The notes under the pieces were generated by a model. That model searched no databases and was not told where the DNA came from. It was given only the letters and a program-made list of their open reading frames with translations. A stretch of 64,000 bases of DNA from Adineta vaga. Lineage: Eukaryota > Animalia > Rotifera. The DNA is taken from contig CP075495.1 of assembly GCA_021613535.1 (NCBI GenBank), positions 7,998,001 to 8,062,000 of the forward strand, written 5' to 3'. The position numbers and the translations under genes are program-made. How positions within the stretch are numbered: position 1 is the stretch's first letter; the number at the start of each line of letters is the position of its first letter. Shown piece after piece: positions 53,835 to 64,000 of this stretch.

Positions 53835-55323
53835 TGTTTTGTTTTTGATTGAGAAAATCAATCTGAATCTCAAATAATTTCTGATTAATATAGACGATTG
53901 AGAACCAATAAGAGTATAACAATGATCGTTTGCATATCCTGCTGAGTAAAGCACAGTGCGAGAGAGAGAGAGAGAGAAGGAAAAGGAAAAGAGAGATATC
54001 TCATTATTTTCCTGAGAATCATCATTGGATGAAAAGTTAGCGAGGAAGAGAGATATTATTTTTATAACGTATATGCTCTCTTGAATATAAACATCAACCA
54101 GTAGTATAGCATTGATTGTTATCATTGAATATATCTAATGAGAGATTAAGACAATACCTGGTTCGATCTGATGAGATGACAGTTCTTTTATTTAAAGGTT
54201 AGCTAAATACCAACAACTTCGAAATTGTTCTTTTTGCGGAACTGTCTGATCGAAAGACGACATACGGAGATAAGAGAGTGTAATTGCATGTGTGAATATC
54301 ATCTATTGATAGCAAACATATTGTGTAAGGCATAATTTATTCAGATCTTCAATATCTATCTCTATCGAAAAAAGAAATCCTTTAGTAAAATTGAAAGACA
54401 AATATTCTATTTCATCATCTAAATCTGAATTAAACTCTTTTTTTTTCAAGGACTCAAAATTTAGTACATATATAAATATTATAAAATCTTGACTCTTCGT
54501 TTTGCTTTTCAAAGCATAATGAAAAAGAAAGCTTTCTCTCCTCCTGTCACGGAATTGTAATCAACTATCATCATTATCAATATGCAAGTGATTATAAAAC
54601 TTGAAGTATATGAGATGCATTGTTATTGTTTGATTATGATCCAATCGTCAATATTTTTCTAAGCTAGGCATCATACGTCACCTTCGACAATCTATTATCA
54701 TTCATTGATTCTATCTCAGCTTGCTGTGTGATTTGATTATTTTTTTGATTATGTTGTCTGTTCTTTCTAATATCATCCAATAGTAATCAAAGAAGCAATG
54801 ATAACATTGAATTTCTTTTCCTATCCAATAAAAATAGCAAGAATCTCGTCAAGAAGAGAAGAGAAAAGAAGATGGAACGAGGCTTCTTCTTTTCGCAATG
54901 AAACAGACAGCTGTCCAGTGTCGTACAATTAACGAGCGGAAGTAGCTGTTGGTCACAAAAGAATTAATTGGAGGCGGACCACCGTGGTATAAAAACATGA
55001 GAAAGAAATCACTAGGGACTCTTTTTCTTCACTTAATTTCTTTCGTTCATTGAGCAAGATGGTTATTGATATGCGAATCTAAATTGTAAATAAACATTGG
55101 ACAAGTCAAATAAGAAAAGGTTTCACAAAAATAAGAACAACAAAGAAACCAAAGTTAGAAATGAATGCAACTGATTTGATTTCTATTGTCGACGACAAAG
55201 AAATATTTTATTCGATCATAAATCTAAAAAAAGAGAACAATAAAAACAGGGAATTAAAGTTTTGATTACCGAAATTTATTATTATACAAAAAACAACAAC
55301 AACAACAACAATAACACATAATC

Positions 55324-56076
55324 ATGATAAAAAAAGAAGCAAATCATACTCGTTCTATTCGTCGAGTTAACTTAACATTACCAATAATTCAAACACATTC
55401 ATATGAAATCTATCGAGCAAATCCATTCGGACAAACTCAATCAACAGCAGCATCAAATGAATATTCAGTTCTACATGGAAAGTCACTTAATAATAAATCG
55501 TCAAATAATCAAAGAACAAGAATTCAATTACCAAGTCAACTTCCCTGTCTTACTGATTCATTAATGACTAATTTATATGTCAACACACCTTTCATATCAA
55601 TCCAATCTTCATCTATAGCAGATACAATATCGAACGCATTAATTAAATCTGATTATTCCGAGCAAACTTTAAATAATGTTACTGGAGTGCTTAACCGAAA
55701 TAAATATCAACAAAATAAAGATGTTATACAACAATCTCAGATGTCAATTGGTGATAAGTTTTGGTTTGATTCAACGAAACATGATATTCATCAACCGCCA
55801 CTAACTAAAGTGAAAGTTTTACATCAGCGAAAAACTTGTAAAAATAGTTTTTGTTCCAATGATATTTATTTACGTGTACCAAATACAACATCATTAGGAG
55901 ATTTTGCAGAGGACACTAACGTCTCACCAAATAAACGTCTTCAACAACGAATCGAAAAATTAACGAAAAATTATTTTCCAATGATTCAACAACTTCGTCA
56001 TGGCCATCCATGTCCAGAATTAATTAGTAATCGAATGCATTTACATCGAGAAGAGAAAAGAGATTTTGTTCCATAA
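55324..56076 (+). CDS. Hypothetical protein, 250 aa, single exon
   Basis: Long ATG-initiated ORF with codon usage like neighbouring genes, A-rich start context and AATAAA about 20 nt after the stop; no recognisable domain. Confidence 0.65.
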   Translation: MIKKEANHTRSIRRVNLTLPIIQTHSYEIYRANPFGQTQSTAASNEYSVLHGKSLNNKSSNNQRTRIQLPSQLPCLTDSLMTNLYVNTPFISIQSSSIADTISNALIKSDYSEQTLNNVTGVLNRNKYQQNKDVIQQSQMSIGDKFWFDSTKHDIHQPPLTKVKVLHQRKTCKNSFCSNDIYLRVPNTTSLGDFAEDTNVSPNKRLQQRIEKLTKNYFPMIQQLRHGHPCPELISNRMHLHREEKRDFVP

Positions 56077-56410
56077 AGATATTTGATTTGATTGTAAATA
56101 AATCATTCTACGAATATGATTTTTTTAAAATTATTTACATGAAAGAAACGACAGTGTATAATGTATCTTTGACCTTCTTGTAAAAAGTTATTGTTGCTTT
56201 CATTTTTTTTTCACATATAGAAAAGATATAATATCATGAGATTATTTATTTATAACTACTTCAATAAAAGAAAAACAAACAAACACAAAAGATCACATAT
56301 ATATATAAAGAGTAAATGATTTCATCTTTAATAAAATACATTAGGTAAATAAATAGATGAAAGACAAAAATTCGCTGCAAATTGAGAATTATTACATGAA
56401 TTAGTGAATT

Positions 56411-59400
56411 TTAGGAGGCTAGAAACGGATGACTCAAAAGATCTTTTGCTGATGGCCGTGAGATTGGATCACGTGTTAAACATAGACGAAAGAATTCTTG
56501 AGCAGTTACAGGACAAGTATCAGGTAAATCTGCTGGTGGTTTTGTACCATTAACTAAATATTTTGAATTCAATAAAATTCAAACGTTAGATTTCATTCAA
56601 TATTACCTATGATCACTAGAACAGTCAGATGATTATGTTCCGATGACCATGGTGGTTTGCCGGTAGCCATTTCACATAAAGTACATCCTATTGACCAGAT
56701 ATCTGCTTTTTTCCCATGACCAGTTTCAGCTATCACTTCTGGTGCCATCCAATTCGCAGTGCCTATAGAAAAGAAATATATTGCCGAAAAATTGAAAAGA
56801 AAGATTAGAACTCTTTTATCAAACCTTTCATTGATTTGAGGATTTGTCGCATGGAATGTGTATTTTGATTTTGCTTCAATCGTTTTGCACAACCAAAATC
56901 AATCAATTTTATGTTACCATCGACATCAAGCATGATATTTTTGCCTTTAATATCACTAAATTAACAAAGAACAAATACTTCAATAGACTAACCTAACAGA
57001 AGGAAGAAGTATTTCTTTACCGATGAACAACATTATTTTCATGAAGATAAGCAATACCTTCAACAATTTGGTTAGTATATTTTTTCAAAACATCATTATG
57101 AAATGGACCAAAAGATGTAATTAAATTTTCAATTGTTCCATTAGGAAGATATTCCTATATTGAAGAAAAAAAGAATTAAAAAATATATAATCGTTATGAA
57201 ATTTCAATTGCTTTTTTTACCATAAAAATCTTTGCTAAACGTGTATTTTCTAATGAAATACCGAGAAATCTAAAAAATAGATGACTTCAAACTTCTTTTT
57301 TTTCAACATTTCAATTTATTTATTCATACTTGACGATATAGGGATGATTAAGTGCTTGAAGTATATGTATTTCTTCTCGTACAGATTGATAATCATTACG
57401 TACACGTTCACTATCATCTTCATCAAGTTCAATTTCTTTAACAGCAATGATACGTCCCGTGATAGTTAAATATGACCAAACAGTTCCATAAGCCTATCAG
57501 AATACAATTGATGTAATTCCGCGATATTACGATAGAAACTTACTCCTTTACCAACTTGTTTTCCTTTTCGACCTGTTCGATATATTTCATCACAATCGGT
57601 TTCCAAGCATAGAGGTGTAGAATTATAATCATCGTGACTACCAGCTGAATCAATAGTTTCACTACCTCGACTATTTAAACTATCAATAACAACACGTAAA
57701 GCTGGTCGAATAGAAAGACCTGTGTCTGAATTATTATATGTTTGTGTAATACTAATTGTTGCGTCAAATGGTAGTGTTTTATTCTGAGTTGATATGTTTG
57801 TCATGGATGTGGTTTCTTGTTCCGTTGATTGTGATTGTTTTGAACGAATCGATGAATCTTTTCGGATGGAATCTTGAAGCGGTTCTTGTTCAGTTGATTG
57901 TGATTGTTTTGAACGAATTGATGAATCTTTTCGAATAGAATCTTGAACCGGTTCTTGTTCCGTTGATTGCGATTTTTTTGAACGAATTGATGAATCTTTT
58001 CGAATAGAATCTTGAACCGGTTCTTGTTCCGTTGATTGCGACTGTTTTGAACGAATTGATGAATCTTTTCGAATGGAATCTTGAACTGTTTCATATATCG
58101 TACGAATAATAGAATGAGGTAGCAGATGTTCGTTTGATTTCGGCTGTTGAGAAATTGGCTCACTTGACGGTTCGATATTTTGTGTCAAGACAGGACTAAT
58201 TTCGAGAGCTTGAACGGATTCAATACTATTTCGTCTCTATTTAATAAAAAGAAAGAAAAATATTTTCCTTCTATTATGTGATTCCTTACGGGAATATCAC
58301 CAAAACTTGTCATCAATGTTGTTTGTGATAGTGTCAGTTGATCAGTAGGAGAAAAACATGTTGGTATATCTTCATCGTCTACAGTAGGTACTTCAAATAA
58401 TTGCAATAGTGATAGTTCGTCATCTTGTACCACCTGTGGTTTAACAGTTTCCAATGCATTTGTTCCATCAGCATTGATTGAACTTTCATCTAGTTGATTC
58501 TCTTCATTCGTATCTGTATTTGTACTTTGACATTTCATTTCTGCTTTACCCGTGACTTTTATAGTTATTTTAGATTTGTTAGATGCAGCTGATTTATTTG
58601 GTGCAGCTGATGCAGCTGGTTTTCTTAATTTTGCACTTTTTATGATATTTGGCCGTGTCTTTTTCATTTTCATCGTTGATGGATTTGTCGATGGTGAGAG
58701 TTCTGATTTCATAGCAGGCTTTTGTACGTCCGTAGTAGTATCTGTAAACAATTCAGTAATTACTGGTTGTATTTTTATACTTTCACGTCGTTGACGAACA
58801 GCTACAACGGATGCAACTGGTTTTGAATTTGTGAGAAGACAATCACTTTCAACTGTTTTTTCGCCTTGTAATGTTAATGGTTGTGGTACAGAATATGAAT
58901 GTCGATGTGCACTACTGCTAGCTGATGAATGACATTTATCTCGTCGAGCAAGATTCGGACTGGAATGTATCATTTGTGAAGAAACAGGTTCAACATTAAA
59001 CTCTGGAGAAGATTCTATTTCTTTTGTAACATTCTTTGGCACTTGATATGTTTCGTTCGGCACAGTAAGCAATGCAGACGGTGAAGAAGAAGAAAGAGAA
59101 AAGTTGACGTCACTAATGCGAAAAAAAATTAAATTTCATGACAAAATGAAACAAAAAAATCTACTTCGCTGTTGATATGGATTCTTTGGTGGAATTTGTT
59201 GGGACGACTTTCACTTTTGGTACATTATGAGTTGTTAAAAGTTTTGTTTTAGTATTGACTGTTGTTGGTTTTTTATTCGTTACTGGAGATGCGACATTAG
59301 ATTTGGATTGTGGTTGAAAAATATGCATCGAAATATTACTAAGACGTTGACAATTCGTATTCAGTGAGGTTGTACTCGCTGTTGTCGAAGTTTTAGTTTT

Positions 59401-60764
59401 AGTTGAAGCAACAGGTATATGCCGTTCAACACTATTACCTCGACGAGTCTCTACAACAGGCTTTTGTAATCGTGGTGAAATAACAGATTTAACTACCGAT
59501 GTTTTATTTACAATCGTAGATGGCTCCATAGTTTTTTCTGTTGATGAACTAGGTGCTTGACGATGAAGACTTTTCGAAAGTAAATGTCGAGTATATTCGT
59601 CTTTTTTCTCTTGGATATCTGGTATATCTTCAGTTGTGATCAATGGAGGTGATATACTTGGTTGAGGATCTGTTGTAGGAATATTTAATGATTTCGATAG
59701 ATTTAATGATGTATCGATTGGTATCGGTGGTAACGGTGTATATGATGAACGAATACTTTCATTAAGATTCTCATAAACAATATCAAATGTATCCTCACGA
59801 TGAAGTTGAGTTGAATCAACTGGAATAGAAGTATGGCGTGGAAAAAGAATTGACGACCGACGACTACAGGCACTGCTGGTGAACGACGATAGTAACGTGA
59901 CGACTGAATAAGAAGAAAGAAAAAAAAAGAAAAAAAAAATGAGAACTCTTTTTAATATTTGTGAAAGAAAGAAGAAAAGGTAAAATAGAAACGGAAAGAA
60001 CAATGTAATCTTAATTTTTCTTCAGAATAAATCTTTAAATTTATACGAACTGGTAATCGATCACTGAGTGGTGGTGGAAATGGGTCTATAATATTATTAT
60101 GTGGATCACATGAAGTTAACAAAGTATCTAAATACATAGAAACGAAATTCGAAAGAAGTTTTATTGATAATTAAATCTTTACCAAATATTGACTCTGTTG
60201 TTCGATTTTGATTTAATGAACTAGTATAACTAGAAAAAATAAGAAATATTGAATAAAATAAATTTTAAAATTCTTTACTTGAGTCTTGTTTTCAAACATT
60301 TTGGAATTGTATATGCTAGAAAAGAAATATTTCATATCTTTGTCATTATGACTCAATAAATTTCGTCGTTTACTTTTCGATGGATATGTATCGAGAAGTA
60401 ACAATACATCATCTCGTGATCTAGACATAATTTGAAAGAATTGAAAAGAAAAATGTTGTTCTTAGATTTACTTCTGAAATATAATTCGAGGAGTTTCGAG
60501 ATCATCTAGAAAAATCGAATAATGATTAATCTGATTTCAATATTCATTCATCTCACCATCGTCATATCCGATCGTTTGATCATCAGTTTGTAAATCTTCT
60601 GTTAATGAATTTCTATGTTTCAATATTGATGTCGTCATTAAATCTTCATTTGTTGTTGTTGTTGTTGTTGATAAATCAGAAGTTATTGGAATTGGTGGTA
60701 AACGTTGTGCATTAAGTTTTCCTTTAATAAATGATTTGGATAAATTTTTTGTTGTTGTCGACAT
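56411..60764 (-). CDS. MAP3K19: MAP3K19/YSK4-like STE11 kinase with a long disordered N-terminus
   Basis: Spliced kinase domain VGKG|AYGTVW...IAVKEI...VVHR|DIKGKNIML...[12 protein letters not shown]...LKSMK|[11 protein letters not shown]...[20 protein letters not shown]...[20 protein letters not shown] and LKSMxGT are typical of MAP3K19. Confidence 0.85.
57811..58086 (-). repeat. Coding tandem repeat, 4 x 69 bp (23 aa unit [23 protein letters not shown])
   Basis: Four near-identical units visible in both DNA and translation. Confidence 0.95.
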
Positions 60765-62493
60765 TACATCGATATTCTATCTTGTCATTTAACAGTAGAA
60801 ACAGAAATTTCGTTACATCAATGCTGAATGCACCTGATATAAAAGCAAACAAAACAGAGAGAAAACACAATAGAATGAAAATATTAATGGAGTTGTCGTG
60901 TATATGTTTGTATGCAAGAGCATAATTTCAAATTTTTCTCTTCGTGTGCTTTTCTCTCACTCTCTCTTTTTCTACCAACATCTTGATTCTTTTTTTTTCT
61001 ATTTTCTTCGCATGTTATTTACACGCCTTGATGATTGAGTAATCAAAAAAATCATCTGATTTTTAAAATCAATCGAACAAAACATTCTTCTCTCAGTTAA
61101 ATTTTCTTTTTTTAAGATTTAAGCACGAAGTTTTTTTTCTCTCTTTCTATATTTTATTTCACTAATAATTGTCAGACAAGGTATTATAACTAGGTATTCA
61201 TGATCATGCAAACCAGAAGAATATATTCTCTATTGCTATTTTGTATATTTATATAAATTTGATGAAAGTAACAACTATTCTTTTAAGAAATCAAATCATA
61301 TCAAACAATTATCAATGTTCTACTATATTTATTAGCAATTCTATAACAGTTAGAATACAAATACAGATCAGTGAAAGAGTATATCTTATTTTTATCTCCC
61401 AATTGTTGTTTAAAAATTATGAAGAGCAAGTATAGTTTGACAACATCAACATTCATGTGAATATAGGTTTATCCGATAGATAAATAGATGACGATTATCA
61501 AACATGCAATATGATATTCTACAAAAAAGAACTCTTTTTTTAACGTTTCATACATGTGCAATTGTGTTTGTTCTGTTTGAAAAGATCGATTTGTCGTTCA
61601 CTATTAACTGTGTGTTCGACAAGAACTAACGATTAATTTAGTATTCGAAACAAATAATACACTAACTATTAAGATGAGATTCTATATCTAAAGTATTATG
61701 TATTACAGTGAGAAACATCAGACAATCATCCCAGATGACGAAAACAAATTTTTACTTATCATAAATTCTAATTAGTAGATTTGTGCTATTCTTTGAAATT
61801 GCTCTATATAACTGAACGGTATGATGAATACTATGGTCTGACATATCAACAGTACTTGAGAGACAAGAATTAAAATCTTATAAGACTTCATAGAACGCTA
61901 CTAAGTGACAGTTGAAGATAACACCTTTGTAAGTCTACTTAATTGTTATTTCTTCAAAAATAAACTGAAAAATCTCAAAAGAAACTGTTTTTGAAAAAAT
62001 TACACAAACATTCGAATAGTTTTCTTTCATCAAAATCAAGAGAAAAAGTTGTAATCTCTATTTTTCCCAGCTATATTGCTTCAATACATATATAAATGTA
62101 TCTATGTCACTAAACATCAACGAGTTAGCCTTCAAACAAAGGTTTATTTTCATACTCGTACATAACTATTATATTATCTTTTGACAGATTCTATTGCTCA
62201 AACAATGTGTCATTCAACTTTTTTCATTATCATCAATTCAATCAAAAACTGTCGCTCAAGAAATCATCAATTTCAATATATATATATGTATGTATTTTTA
62301 TACAAAAGCACTCATATAAGGCGTAATAATAAATAAATATTAATATTCTTTACTTAAAAAAAAGGAGATATATGTATAGATATATATAATGTGAAGAAAA
62401 GCTAGTGCAAAAGAAAGAGAAGAGTGAAGCACTGAAAGGCGATTAAAATAAAGTTGTTATTAGTTATTTTTTGTTTCTTTTCTTATGATTCTA

Positions 62494-63449
62494 TCAAAGT
62501 AATCCAGCATCCATTAATGAATGCATATCTTCGACAATATCTTTAATAATTGCACGATTGCTTGTTGCATTTGGATTGAAAACATAATCGAGAAATTGTA
62601 AATTAGATACATAATTATAAATATAATCAATACGTGTATGAGATTTTTGTGTTAAATGTGTTGAAACAATTTTATGAGTTAATTCTTGACATTCTTTACA
62701 CATTCGTGTTAGAAACAGACGATCGAATGTAAAATCCACTTCATAAAATGTAACGATAGCTTTTGATAATGAATGAAATCGATTACGAAAATCATCGATT
62801 AATTTACTTTCGAAATCTGTAAATAGATTATTTTTATATAAAATACCCAATTTAACAATAGTTTTAATAATTGCTTTTAATAATTTGTCAGCTTCTTTTT
62901 TACTACCTGAATAACCACGTATTAATTTATGTAAATTATCTAATACACGACCACTTGTTTCATCAATAAAAACTTTCGCAACTGATTTTGATGAAATTTT
63001 ACTAAAAAAAATGAAGAATTTTAGTCAAGAATGAAAGGCAACTTCGAATCTGATTACCTTAAAAGTTTCTTTTGAGCACGTACACCAAGACTTTGTGCTG
63101 AAGCACTTGTTGGTAAATCATCTTCATCAGCTAGAAAAAAAAATCGATATTGATCTTAGACAGAATTACATTTGTTTGGCTTGTCTATGAAAATAAGAGA
63201 TTAGAGATGAAGATTTTCAATTGTTATCAATTGAATAGTAAAAATAGAAATTGTTTTTCTATATTTAAAATTGTTTTAGAACACAAGATAACAAAAAAAA
63301 GTCAGTTACTCACACTCAATAGCTCCTTCTAATTGTCTGGCAAGTTGCAGCGAAACAGAAACAGTTGTCGATGTGTTTGCTGCTGCTGCTGCTGATGCTG
63401 CTGCTGTTGTTGTCGTTGATACTAACTTATGATTTGATTTAGAGGTCAT
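62494..63449 (-). CDS. TNFAIP8: TNF alpha-induced protein 8 family (TIPE/DUF758), 3 coding exons
   Basis: SLGVRAQKKLLS|KISSKSVAKVFIDETSGRVLDNL...KKEADKLLKAIIKTIVKLGILY...IVTFYEVDFTFD...HLTQKSHTRIDYIYNY. Confidence 0.93.
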
Positions 63450-64000
63450 AATACGATTTTTCGGGTAATAGTTTTTTTTAATACATTAGAAAATCTAATG
63501 ACAATAATTGAATAGTATATTGAAACAAGTAGTTGATACGATCATAATATCTCGTACGTGTATGACGTATGTTCAGTTTAGACGATGTTACTTGTTTTTC
63601 CACTTTTACTGAGTTTCTATTCTTCCTCTCGGTCGACTCGTAAGATGTAAAAGATAGATAGATAGAGGAAGAGAGAGAGAGGGAGAGCGCGCAAAGAAAA
63701 AGAAGAAGAAGTAGAGGAAACAATTTAAAAACTAAATAATATTTCAAGAGAAAAACACAATTTTTAACGTTTGATCTACAGGTATTTGACATTCATTTTG
63801 CAACCATATATTTGATATTTTCTTTTCTTCGTTATATAGAATCGACGATGTTAAATATGATTACGAAGTATTAACAAAGAGAAAAGGAATCGATATATAG
63901 GTATCAATGAATGTTTTGTTTTGATTTTCAGAATAAAAAATCTCGTAATATTGCACGAGAATGCGAACATGTGTCAATTGATAACATAAGTGTAAATGAT

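Noticed and set aside
57811-58086. Direct repeats considered as a CRISPR-like array
   Set aside because: Head-to-tail coding repeats with no unique spacers, inside a eukaryotic exon.
1-64000. tRNA, rRNA, snRNA genes and transposon ORFs
   Set aside because: None recognised by eye; tRNAscan-SE, Infernal/Rfam and RepeatModeler would be needed to exclude them.

Overview
This is AT-rich eukaryotic (metazoan) genomic DNA with about 18 protein-coding genes, mostly split by short (~50-70 nt) GT-AG introns. Composition, intron size and gene style suggest a bdelloid rotifer; this is an inference. Left to right: SPT6 (partial, -), RalGAP alpha (-), HSPA13 (+), a large disordered AT-hook protein (+), STMP1 (+), frataxin (+), NALF/FAM155 (+), PLAAT (+), DPH3 (+), a small TM/Thr-rich ORF (+), an LRR-TM protein (+), an ANKS1-type PTB protein (+), NCBP1 (-), an Asx-like PHD protein (+), Barx (-), an orphan ORF (+), a MAP3K19-like kinase (-) and TNFAIP8 (-). 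I recognised no tRNA, rRNA, CRISPR array, transposase or obviously horizontally acquired gene. Main leads: (1) a recurrent TTCAG|AT acceptor-like motif just upstream of many start codons, plus very tight co-directional gene runs, suggesting spliced-leader trans-splicing and operon-like transcription, including a mitochondrial STMP1-frataxin pair; (2) an unrecognised protein combining AT-hooks, three H3K9-mimic A(V/T)KST motifs and a SIN3-interaction-like helix; (3) an Asx homologue with no DEUBAD domain; (4) an ANKS1-type PTB protein without ankyrin or SAM domains. Gene models were assembled by eye, so exon boundaries are approximate.
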